Source of the DNA: Candidatus Falkowbacteria bacterium
Lineage (GTDB): Bacteria > Patescibacteriota > Patescibacteriia > CAIXNZ01
DNA: 64,000 nt
Assembly: GCA_963774955.1 (NCBI GenBank)
Contig: CAVZGV010000003.1
Coordinates: 320,771-384,770 of the forward strand
Reading direction: 5' to 3'
The number at the start of each line of letters is the position of its first letter. Position 1 is the stretch's first letter. The translations under genes and the position numbers were made by a program. Of the stretch, positions 50,279 through 59,428 are shown in pieces. Under the pieces are notes generated by a model. It was not told the DNA's origin. It made no database searches and saw nothing but the letters and a program-made list of their open reading frames with translations.

Positions 50279-51241
50279 ATGCGCCAAGAAAAAATACAAT
50301 CAAAAAGTGAACAGCAACAGGCACTGGCCATGGCCAGGCGGGTTTTGGGTCAGGCTAAGGAAATGAAATTGAATTCTGACCAGCATAAAAAAATGATGGG
50401 AATGATAGACAAAGCTCGAGGTTTTGAAGTCACAGGGGAGACACAAAAGGCTTTGCACGTATATTTGGCTTTGAAAACTTATTTAGAAGAAATTAAGAAT
50501 GGTCCCAAATTTACTTTCAGCGGAGTAGCTGATAGAACAAAAGATAATCATGAGGTGCTGTTATTTTTTGATGAAGAATTGGAAAAATCTAAGGCTTTTT
50601 ATGAGAATGAAGGGGTTGATTGGGTGGAATTCCCTGAGCAAATTATAATTACCCAGAGTCAAGAAGCCGAGATGAAACGTTGTATCAGAGAGTTTAGTTT
50701 TAATAAAATTATGATCATACCTGCTGGCTTGGCTGTTGATGCTGATGAAATGAATATACTTCATAGTTTAATGGGCAGACTATACCCGCCGACTAAATAT
50801 AATCCCAATTATACAAAATATGCAGGTACTAAAATTTTAGAAAAAAGGCAAAATTTGCGAATTGTTTTATATCGCAATCAGAAAGGTTTGGATGACTTGT
50901 ATCTGCAAACCAGGGGCAAATCTGCCGAAGAATTAATGGCCCCAGGTGGCTTAATGGATACTTTAGGGTTGGAAGGACTTTCTGAAGCTGAATTTTTAGT
51001 GCTACAACATCAGCATTTTTTGGATTTTCCTGCAGATTATATGTATATGGGAGATGAGGTTATGCTTTTAGGAAGTAATTTTATGAAAACTGACGAGGGG
51101 CATGAAATGGCAGTCAGCGCTTATTGGGATCTTTCAGGCACTCATTCACCCAAAGGATTAGTATTTGATGGCCGGCCTAAAAATATGCTTGGTTCCGGTG
51201 TCGGATGTCCGTTGGTTAAGACTTTTGAAATTAAGGATTAA
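50279..51241 (+). CDS. Shared N-module + unknown (possibly CLec/FGE-like) domain
   Basis: LAMARRVLGQAKEM; C-terminal GLSEAEFLVLQ...SAYWD...GVGCPLV. Confidence 0.8.
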   Translation: MRQEKIQSKSEQQQALAMARRVLGQAKEMKLNSDQHKKMMGMIDKARGFEVTGETQKALHVYLALKTYLEEIKNGPKFTFSGVADRTKDNHEVLLFFDEELEKSKAFYENEGVDWVEFPEQIIITQSQEAEMKRCIREFSFNKIMIIPAGLAVDADEMNILHSLMGRLYPPTKYNPNYTKYAGTKILEKRQNLRIVLYRNQKGLDDLYLQTRGKSAEELMAPGGLMDTLGLEGLSEAEFLVLQHQHFLDFPADYMYMGDEVMLLGSNFMKTDEGHEMAVSAYWDLSGTHSPKGLVFDGRPKNMLGSGVGCPLVKTFEIKD

Positions 51242-51248
51242 GGCTGAA

Positions 51249-51353
51249 GGGCGAAAACGCCCTTTGTCATTCTGAGGAACCGAAGAATCTGTGAGACACA
51301 GATCCTTCGCTACGCTCAGGATGACAGTGAACCGACAAAGGGCGTTTTCGCCC
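51249..51353. repeat. Composite palindromic element, copy 6 (near-identical to copy 1)
   Basis: GGGCGAAAACGCCCTTTGTCATTCTGAGGAACCGAAGAATCT...AGATCCTTCGCT.CGCTCAGGATGACAGTGA.CCGACAAAGGGCGTTTTCGCCC. Confidence 0.92.
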
Positions 51354-51364
51354 AGATAAGAAAT

Positions 51365-52513
51365 ATGCTAAAAGAAAAAATACAACCTAAAAATGAATCA
51401 GCGCAGGCCTTGGAGATGGCCCGATTTGCTTTGGGTCGGGTCAAGGAGATGGATTTATCTGAGCAAGAGAAAGAAAAACTAATGGAATTAATTAGCCAGG
51501 CTAAAGCTAAAGAACTAAATAATGAATTGGGAGCGGCTTTAAAATTATATATCCAAGCCAAGGATTTTTTAAATAATATAAAAAAACAAAGTAAGTACGA
51601 TAAGTTCGAATGTTTACAGACGCTTGAAGGCCATGAAGACAGGGTAAATGCTGTTTTGGAAACAAGGGATGCTAAATATATTATTTCCGGCGGTTCAGAT
51701 AATAATATTATTGTTCGGGACAGGAATAGCGGCCAGCAGATTGAAATTTTAAAGGAACATAAAGGACTTATTCACGCGCTTAAAGAAACAGAAGACGGCC
51801 AATATATACTATCAACCAGTTATGACGGAACCATTAAAATGTGGGATAAAGAAACCTGGGAATGTGTTCAGACGTTTATCAGGAAAGAAGAACGCGACCG
51901 CGATAAGGTTGTTATGGATGTGGTTGAAATAGATGATCAGACTTTGGCTTCTATTAGTAATGCGGTTATTACAATCTGGGATAAGGAAACAGGGGAAGAA
52001 AAAGAAAGTCTTTATCCTGAAGGTATGGCAGGTACTTTTTATAGTCTTGAAAAAATTGCCAACAAAGAGTCATTACTTATAACAAGTGATCTGATCACCA
52101 GAATTTATAGCTTAACATCGAATGACTGGGATCTGGGTTTTGGCGAAGATACAAAAGGAAGTTCTGTAGCTAAGGAAAGTAATGACCATAAATTTATTTT
52201 TTATGTGACCTCTTATAATGCTGCCGAGCCTTACAAAATTCGAATGTGGAATCAGGATACCTGGGATGTTGAGGCTGAGTTTAAGGGGCACCAGAAAGAT
52301 GTTAAGGGAATGCTTCAGACTAAGGACGGCAAGCATTTAATCACCCTTGCCAATGACAAGACAATCAGGGTCTGGGATATTGCCACTCAGGAATGCCTTA
52401 AAGTTTTTGAACTGGATGATTTTGTTCCGACTTGCATCGCGGAATCTGCCAATGGTGACATTATTGTCGGCGGAGCAGACAAAACTATTAAAATTTTTGG
52501 TCAAAAAAAGTAA
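51365..52513 (+). CDS. Shared N-module + WD40 propeller protein (paralog of 46429)
   Basis: LEMARFALGRVKEMDLS; YDKFECLQ linker shared with 46429; GH...WD repeats. Confidence 0.9.
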   Translation: MLKEKIQPKNESAQALEMARFALGRVKEMDLSEQEKEKLMELISQAKAKELNNELGAALKLYIQAKDFLNNIKKQSKYDKFECLQTLEGHEDRVNAVLETRDAKYIISGGSDNNIIVRDRNSGQQIEILKEHKGLIHALKETEDGQYILSTSYDGTIKMWDKETWECVQTFIRKEERDRDKVVMDVVEIDDQTLASISNAVITIWDKETGEEKESLYPEGMAGTFYSLEKIANKESLLITSDLITRIYSLTSNDWDLGFGEDTKGSSVAKESNDHKFIFYVTSYNAAEPYKIRMWNQDTWDVEAEFKGHQKDVKGMLQTKDGKHLITLANDKTIRVWDIATQECLKVFELDDFVPTCIAESANGDIIVGGADKTIKIFGQKK

Positions 52514-52523
52514 CTATATAATT

Positions 52524-53582
52524 ATGTCTGAAAAAATTAAATCACAACAAACTAGGGAAAAATCATCTTTGGAAATGGCTAGAGCTACATTGGGCCGAGT
52601 CAAGGAGATGGATCTGACGCCGGAGCAAAAGGAAAAAATGATGCAGATGATTGACATTGCTAATCAGCATGAACAGGCAGGGGATAAGTCCAAGGCTTTA
52701 ATTGCCTACAATGAATTAAAAAAGTTTTTAGAGGAAATTTCCAAGCCGGATGAGGTTATTGATTACAATGGTTTGAGGATAAAAAAATCACAAGCTAAAT
52801 TTTTAGAAGATTTAGCTCGACAAAAGGCTGGATTTTTTAATACAAATGCTTATGAACAGTTTAGAGATGATGTAGTTAAGTTTGTTAAAGAGGTTGATGA
52901 TGATGGCAATATTTTGGCAATTGATTGCACTGGCCAGAATTTAATAGCCTTGCCAGAGTTACCGCCTAATTTAGAAAAATTAAATTGTTCCATGAATAGT
53001 AATCTTACTTCTTTACCACCTTTGCCTGACAGTTTGATTGAACTTGATATTTTGCAGTGTCAAATCGATGTTTTGCCTGAATTGCCAAAAGGATTGAAAA
53101 AACTTGATTGTACAGATACTGATATAACCAAATTACCATCTTTACCCCCGAATTTAGAATTTTTACATTGTGGCCAAAATCTGGGATTAAAATTTGATCC
53201 AGAAGAACCTTTACCGGCAAGTTTGATAGATTTTAACTGTTGGAATTGTAATTTAGATAAACTTCCTGATTTGCCCAAAGGTTTGAAAACATTAGACTGT
53301 CGATCCAATCGACTTACGGAGTTGCCGACCCTACCTGAAACTCTGGATGCTTTAATAGTAGATGGAAATATATTTTTTGAGTTGCCGTCATTGCCCAAAA
53401 ATATCAGAGTTATTTTTTGCAATAAAAGTCATTTGACAGATTTACCCCCGTTACCTAAAAATTTGCAAGCTTTGTATGCAGATCAGAATGCTTTTAGCCA
53501 AAAGACTATCGATGCCATTAAAGCCCATCCTAATTTTGACCCTGAAAATTTTAAATTTAAAAATCTGGAAGATTTTGTTTAA
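52524..53582 (+). CDS. Shared N-module + bacterial-type LRR protein (LPxLPxxL, about 20-aa repeats)
   Basis: Likely start ATG 52524; LEMARATLGRVKEMDLTPEQKEK; LPELPPNLEKL repeats. Confidence 0.9.
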   Translation: MSEKIKSQQTREKSSLEMARATLGRVKEMDLTPEQKEKMMQMIDIANQHEQAGDKSKALIAYNELKKFLEEISKPDEVIDYNGLRIKKSQAKFLEDLARQKAGFFNTNAYEQFRDDVVKFVKEVDDDGNILAIDCTGQNLIALPELPPNLEKLNCSMNSNLTSLPPLPDSLIELDILQCQIDVLPELPKGLKKLDCTDTDITKLPSLPPNLEFLHCGQNLGLKFDPEEPLPASLIDFNCWNCNLDKLPDLPKGLKTLDCRSNRLTELPTLPETLDALIVDGNIFFELPSLPKNIRVIFCNKSHLTDLPPLPKNLQALYADQNAFSQKTIDAIKAHPNFDPENFKFKNLEDFV

Positions 53583-53631
53583 TAAGTAATTGGTAATTTG
53601 TAATTAGTAAAAAGAAAATATTATTTTAAAT

Positions 53632-54465
53632 ATGATCATTGATTCTCACGCCCATATTACATTCAAAGAGTATGCCAAGGATTTACAGGACGTTATTAAA
53701 CGTTCTTTTGAGGTTGGCGTACAAATAATCAATGCCAGTAATAGTTTAGAGACAAGCAGGCAGGCAGTTGAACTGGCTGAAAAATATGACAATATGTGGG
53801 CGGTTGTGGGTTGTCATCCGGATGATTTGGAGGAAAATTTGTCCGCCAGAGGCGGATCCGCCCATGGCGGAGATATTGAAAAATATAGGCAGTTGGCGCA
53901 GTCAAGCAAAAAGGTTGTCGGCATTGGGGAAGTGGGGTTGGATTATTATCGCTTAGCAGAAAATGGTAAAGACACAAAAGCTTATCAAAAAGAAATTTTT
54001 ATGCAGTTTATTGATTTGGCGCAGGAACTTGATTTGCCCCTGGTTTTGCATTGCCGGGGAGCGAAGGATGATCCCTATTGCGCCTACGACGAAATTCTTG
54101 ATTTCCTAAAATCTAAAACCCAAAATCCTAAATCTGAAAGCCGTGGTGTCATTCATTGTTTCGGCGGTAATTTGGAACAGGCAAACAAGTTTTTAGATTT
54201 AGGTTTTTACATAGGCATTACCGGTATTGTGACTTTCAAAAATGCCAAGGAACTGCAGGCCATTGTTAAAGAAGTTCCTTTAGATAAAATTTTAATTGAA
54301 ACAGATGCGCCGTTTTTAGCTCCAGAGCCGTATCGCGGGCAAAGGAATGAACCGAGTTATGTAAAATATGTTTGTCAGAAAATTGCGGATTTGAAAGGAT
54401 TATCTTTTGAGGAAGTAGAATCTGCGACTTATAAAAATACCTGTAGGTTATTCAATCTTAAATAA
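53632..54465 (+). CDS. tatD: TatD family DNase
   Basis: IDSHAH, GCHP, IGEVGLDY, LHCR, VIHCF, IETDAPFL. Confidence 0.93.
   Translation: MIIDSHAHITFKEYAKDLQDVIKRSFEVGVQIINASNSLETSRQAVELAEKYDNMWAVVGCHPDDLEENLSARGGSAHGGDIEKYRQLAQSSKKVVGIGEVGLDYYRLAENGKDTKAYQKEIFMQFIDLAQELDLPLVLHCRGAKDDPYCAYDEILDFLKSKTQNPKSESRGVIHCFGGNLEQANKFLDLGFYIGITGIVTFKNAKELQAIVKEVPLDKILIETDAPFLAPEPYRGQRNEPSYVKYVCQKIADLKGLSFEEVESATYKNTCRLFNLK
53842..53871. repeat. 30-bp double palindrome inserted in frame in tatD
   Basis: tccgccagaggcgga + tccgcccatggcgga. Confidence 0.8.
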
Positions 54466-54516
54466 TGAACTAATACTGCTAATTTGCTTCTAATCTACTA
54501 ATAATTCATTAAAATT

Positions 54517-54966
54517 ATGGCAAAATTTAGGGATGATTTATTGTATAAAGAGTTGAGTTTTCAAATAGTAGGCATAATGTTTAACGTTTATAATGAGCTG
54601 GGATATGGATATCAGGAGAAATACTATCAGAAAGCAATCGAAAGAGCGCTTGAGGAATCGGGTATCAAATACCGCGAACAAGTACCTTTCAGAATAATAT
54701 TCAAACAAAGAAATATAGGGATATATTATTTAGATTTTTTAATTGATGATAAGATAGTCGTTGAATTAAAAGTCGGTAAAAAATTTGCTAAGAAAGATTT
54801 TGATCAGGTTAAGGGATATTTACATGCCTCTAATAAAAAATTGGCACTACTAATTAATTTTACGCCCCTAGGAGTTAAATTTTTAAGAGTAATAAATTTC
54901 GAAGATAAAATAACAGAAACATCAGCTGAATTAAAATTAAATAATTTACGTAAATTATTTAATTAG
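54517..54966 (+). CDS. GxxExxY protein (PD-(D/E)XK-like)
   Basis: VYNELGYGYQEKYYQ, LDFLIDDKIVVELK, QVKGYL, ALLINF. Confidence 0.9.
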   Translation: MAKFRDDLLYKELSFQIVGIMFNVYNELGYGYQEKYYQKAIERALEESGIKYREQVPFRIIFKQRNIGIYYLDFLIDDKIVVELKVGKKFAKKDFDQVKGYLHASNKKLALLINFTPLGVKFLRVINFEDKITETSAELKLNNLRKLFN

Positions 54967-54999
54967 AAGATTAGTAGCTAATTAGTAAATTAGTAGCTT

Positions 55000-56088
55000 A
55001 TGACAAAAAGAATTGAACAACCTCAAAATGAACAATCTCAGGAGCTGGCTATGGCCAGGCAGGCTTTGGGTCGGGTTAAGGAAATGAATTTGACGCCGGA
55101 GCAAAAGGAAAAGATAATGGCTATGATTGACGAGGCCAAAGAGGCCGAAAAATCCGGTCAAAAATCTAAAGCTTTAAAGATTTATAGGGAGTTGAAAGAA
55201 TCTTTAGAGAAAATAAAGTCATCAGAAAGTCTGGAATCGTTTCAGAATAAGACAGTTGAATTTATTAATGAGGGTTCTAATAAATTTTCAGATCGACGAA
55301 ATATTGCCATGGCATTGGCCGGAATAGATTCTGACCAAGCTTGGGAATTAAGATCTAAAATTTTGGAAACAAGCTGGAAGGATGTTAATTTTTTAACGCA
55401 TGTCGGATATAGTTTGGCTGGATTAGATTCTCAAGCGGCCTGGGATTTGAGAACTAAAATCCGGGAAAAAGGAGCAGATATTCACATAAGTTTAATAGGA
55501 CTGGATTCTGATAAAGCCTGGCAGCTGCGGAGAGAACTTTTAGAAAAAGGCGCTGATAATTGGTCTATCATGGAGAGTTTAGCCGGATTAGATTCAGCCG
55601 AGGCTTGGGAAATGAGGGATAAACTCATGGAACGAGGAGCGCATAAAAACGCTTTAGTTTCTAGTTTGGTAGGGTTGGATTCGGATAAAGCCTGGAAAAT
55701 AAGAGAGGAGGTTCTCGAAGACAAGGATGAAACTAACAGCTTATATGACTTGGCTAAAAGTCTAATAGGTTTGGATTCAGCCAAGGCTTGGAGCATGAGA
55801 CAACAGCTTTTGGAAAAAGGATTAGAAAAACAATTTATTGTTGGATTGTTAGGCGGAGCAGACTCGGAAAAAGCCTGGGCAATGAGGGAGGAAGTTATAA
55901 TGAAAATATCGGAAGGTAATAATGTTGCTATGAGTTTAGACGGGCTGGATTCGGAAAGAGCCTGGGATATGAGAGCGGAACTTATTGAGCAAGGAGTGCG
56001 ATTTGATGATGTTGCCTTGGGTATTTATGGCGGTTATTCGATGGAAGCTGTGCGTAAGGCCAGACGAGATGAAATATTTAAAAGTTAA
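55000..56088 (+). CDS. Shared N-module + helical (HEAT-like) repeat protein
   Basis: LAMARQALGRVKEMNLTPEQKEK; 8 repeats of SLxGLDSxxAWxxRxxLLExG. Confidence 0.88.
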   Translation: MTKRIEQPQNEQSQELAMARQALGRVKEMNLTPEQKEKIMAMIDEAKEAEKSGQKSKALKIYRELKESLEKIKSSESLESFQNKTVEFINEGSNKFSDRRNIAMALAGIDSDQAWELRSKILETSWKDVNFLTHVGYSLAGLDSQAAWDLRTKIREKGADIHISLIGLDSDKAWQLRRELLEKGADNWSIMESLAGLDSAEAWEMRDKLMERGAHKNALVSSLVGLDSDKAWKIREEVLEDKDETNSLYDLAKSLIGLDSAKAWSMRQQLLEKGLEKQFIVGLLGGADSEKAWAMREEVIMKISEGNNVAMSLDGLDSERAWDMRAELIEQGVRFDDVALGIYGGYSMEAVRKARRDEIFKS

Positions 56089-56096
56089 AAGGTTTT

Positions 56097-56734
56097 ATGA
56101 CTAAGCCGACTTTTAAAAAAGAAAAAGAACTTGTGGAATAAGGGCTACCATTTGGTCGCCGGTATTGATGAAGTTGGTCGCGGTGCCTGGGCCGGACCGA
56201 TTGTGGCAGCCGGGGTTATTTTTGAAAAAGAATTAAAGATTAAAGGATTAAATGATTCTAAGAAAGTTATCAGCGTCTAAAAGGGAAGAACTGGCTGAGA
56301 TTATAAAAGCCAAAGCTTTGGCCTGGACAATTCAGATTGTTGAGCATGATGTCATTGATGATATCGGTGTAGGCAAGGCAAATGCTCTAGTCATTGATAA
56401 AGTTATTAATGCTTTAGAGCCTAAGCCCCATTATTTATTGATTGATAAGGCCAGGGTTATCAAGTATAAAATCAGAATTCCCTGGGAAACCATTATTAAA
56501 GGCGATAGCAAGATCTTTTCTATTGCCGCTGCTTCGATTATCGCTAAAGTTTATAGAGATGAATTAATGCTAAAATTAGCTAAAAAATACCCAAAATACG
56601 GGTTTGAAAAGCATAAAGGTTATGGCACAGAATTACACCAGAAAATGCTTAAACTGCATGATATTTGTCCGATTCACCGTAAATCTTACCGCCCGATTAG
56701 CCAGCCAAGCCTGTTAAATTTTGAAAAGGCTTGA
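56097..56734 (+). CDS. rnhB: Ribonuclease HII (two +1 insertions)
   Basis: [14 protein letters not shown] (upstream frame), LNDSK, IKGD...[25 protein letters not shown]. Confidence 0.92.
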
Positions 56735-56759
56735 TTAATTTGATTTATTAGGATAAAAT
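56731..56759 (+). promoter_or_regulatory. Putative atp operon promoter
   Basis: TTGATT-17-TAAAAT. Confidence 0.45.
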
Positions 56760-56847
56760 TAACAGTGAAACCTATAAATAACTGTGGATAAGTAGCTTTC
56801 CCCAAAACTCAATTGAGTCCTTTTTTTTTACAAATTAGGATAAGACT

Positions 56848-57132
56848 ATGGAAGATTTAAATAAAAAACAACCAGAGATAAAAAAGCCGTGGTGGCAGGA
56901 TTCAGTCACGCTGTTTATGCAGCTATCCGGCTGGATAGGTATTCCGGTTATTTTAGGAGTTTTTTTGGGGCAATGGCTGGATAATAAATATGGCACTAAA
57001 CCTTGGTTATTTTTGGCAACAGTGGGTTTCGCTTTTATAATTTCAACGGTCGGCATTGTAAAAGAAGCCGGTCAGGCAATTAAAAAAATTGAACAAGAAT
57101 CTAAGAATAACAAAAATGATATTGGGAAATGA
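56848..57132 (+). CDS. AtpZ/AtpI family protein
   Basis: GVFLGQWLDNKYGTKPW; first gene of the atp operon. Confidence 0.85.
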   Translation: MEDLNKKQPEIKKPWWQDSVTLFMQLSGWIGIPVILGVFLGQWLDNKYGTKPWLFLATVGFAFIISTVGIVKEAGQAIKKIEQESKNNKNDIGK

Positions 57133-58013
57133 AATCAATTTAAAATCAGAATCTTTACCTTCGGAAAACGTATCAGGTCATGCTGAAAATTTAGTTGAGA
57201 CTGAGCAAACAGCAGCCCATGAGCATACATTATATGCTGAAACCGTTTGGCAGGGTAAATATTTTACGGTAACTAATTCCATGCTTAACGCCTGGATTGT
57301 GGTGGCCATTGTTATTGTTTTTTCGCTTATCATCAGATCAAAAATAAAGAAGATTCCCAGCGGAATTCAGAATTATGCCGAGACTGTGGTTGACGGAGCG
57401 CTTGAATCTGGCTGATTCGGTAACCGGCAGCCGCGAAAAATCCCTTAAATTTTTTCCGATTTGTTTTGCGCTTTTTATTTTTATTTTTTTAAATAACTGG
57501 CTGGGTATTTTACCCGGCGTGGGTTCAATCGGTTTTTATGCTATGGAAGAAGGCCACAAGGTCTTTGTGCCTTTTTTTCGTGGTGGTACCGCTGATTTGA
57601 ATACTACATTGGCCTTGGCTCTGTTCTCGGTAATTGGCGCCAATGTGGCCGGCATGATTATGGTTGGCTGGTGGAAGCATATAAATAAATTTGTTAATCT
57701 TAAGGCGTTTATTGAAATTCCTAAAAAAATTAGACAGGATTTTACGGTTATTTTAGTTAATCCGATTAAGGCCTTTGTCGGCATAGTGGAAATTATTGGC
57801 GAAGTAGCCAAAGTCGCTTCACTGTCATTTCGTCTTTTTGGCAATATTTTCGCCGGCGAAGTGCTTTTGGCTTCCATGGCTGCTTTGTTTGCCTTTTTTG
57901 TACCTATTCCTTTTATGTTTTTGGAAATCATTGTCGGGTTGATTCAGGCGGTTATCTTTTCAGTCTTGACTTTGGTTTATCTGACGATTGCCACCACCGC
58001 TGAGGAACACTAA
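57116..58013 (+). CDS. atpB: ATP synthase subunit a (one +1 insertion near 57401)
   Basis: NNWLGILPG, TADLNTT, SLSFRLFGNIFAGE, IQAVIF. Confidence 0.93.
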
Positions 58014-58051
58014 AATAAGTCAAAAGTAAAAAATCAAAAATTTGGAATTAA

Positions 58052-58339
<288 letters not shown>

Positions 58340-58473
58340 TAATTTTTGACGTGAAGGGGATGAACATTCGTCCCCTTGGGCTAACAATTATTTAAGCTAC
58401 AAATATACAAATACATACAAATTTTTACAAATTTGTAGTCATTTGTAGCCAATTTGTAGATTTGTAACATTAT

Positions 58474-58971
58474 ATGGATTCACTTATTTCAACATTTCAT
58501 TTAGATTTAACCTTAATTATCGCCCAATTGGTAAATTTTGCCATTGTGGCTCTGGTTTTATGGTTTTTTGCCCTCAAGCCTTTGATTAAAGTTATGTCAG
58601 AACGCACCAAGACTATTGAAAAGAGCTTGTCTGATGCGAAAAAGATAGAAGAAAGACTGGCTAAGACTGAGGCGGAAAAAAGGCAGATTTTGGAGGTTAC
58701 TAAAAAAGAAGCTGCCGGAATTTTGGAAGAAACAAGTAAAAAGGCAGAAGCAAGTAAACGCGATGCGGTTAATAAAGCCAAAGAAGAGATTGAAAAATTA
58801 GTGGAAAAAGGTAAATATCAGCTGGTGTCTGATCGTGAAAAAATGTTAGCTGAGGTGAAAGCTCAGGTGGCTGATTTAGTCATTGATGCCACCAAAAAGG
58901 TTTTGGGTGAAGCCTTGACTAAAGATGTTGATAAGAAGGTAGTGGAAGACGCGATCAAGAAAATTAAATAG
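58474..58971 (+). CDS. atpF: ATP synthase subunit b
   Basis: AQLVNF TM, KPL...ER, coiled coil. Confidence 0.92.
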   Translation: MDSLISTFHLDLTLIIAQLVNFAIVALVLWFFALKPLIKVMSERTKTIEKSLSDAKKIEERLAKTEAEKRQILEVTKKEAAGILEETSKKAEASKRDAVNKAKEEIEKLVEKGKYQLVSDREKMLAEVKAQVADLVIDATKKVLGEALTKDVDKKVVEDAIKKIK

Positions 58972-58996
58972 AAAATAGCAAAAAGAAAATATTTGT

Positions 58997-59404
58997 ATGA
59001 GAAAAATTTCCAGCAAAAAATATGCTCAGTTGCTTTATGAAGTGACTAAAGACCTGGAGAAGGATCAGGTTAAGATTGAAATTGATAATTTTTTAAAGTT
59101 AGTGCACAAAAATAAAGATTCCAAACATTTAGATAAAATTTTTAAAGCATTTGATGAATATGCCAAAATGCAGGAATCAATTATTGATGTTTCGGTGATT
59201 TCTTTTGAAGTTTTAACCCCGAATCAAAAAGAGGAATTAAAACATCAAATTAAAAAAGAGCAAAATGTTAAAGTCGTGAATTTGCAGGAAACAACGGATA
59301 AGAATTTACTGGGCGGATTTGTTTTGAAAATTGGCGATACCATTTTTGACGCCAGTTTAAAAACAAGGCTTGAATGTTTACGCCATGAAATGAAAAAATC
59401 ATAA
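58997..59404 (+). CDS. atpH: ATP synthase subunit delta (short form)
   Basis: KKYAQLL, LLGGFVLKIGDTIFDASL. Confidence 0.88.
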   Translation: MRKISSKKYAQLLYEVTKDLEKDQVKIEIDNFLKLVHKNKDSKHLDKIFKAFDEYAKMQESIIDVSVISFEVLTPNQKEELKHQIKKEQNVKVVNLQETTDKNLLGGFVLKIGDTIFDASLKTRLECLRHEMKKS

Positions 59405-59428
59405 TGTTTAATACTTAATTTTAATAAT

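Noticed and set aside
8618-51353. Palindromic repeats as a CRISPR array or tRNAs
   Set aside because: They are dispersed with no repeat-spacer periodicity, no cas genes and no cloverleaf or T-loop motifs.
8690-52523. N-terminal extensions of ORFs at 8690, 34846, 38616, 48780 and 52347
   Set aside because: They read through repeats or overlap upstream genes; downstream ATGs match family starts.
56783-56791. DnaA box (also TTATGCACA near 37467) as a replication origin
   Set aside because: Isolated single boxes with no cluster or dnaA; at most regulatory.
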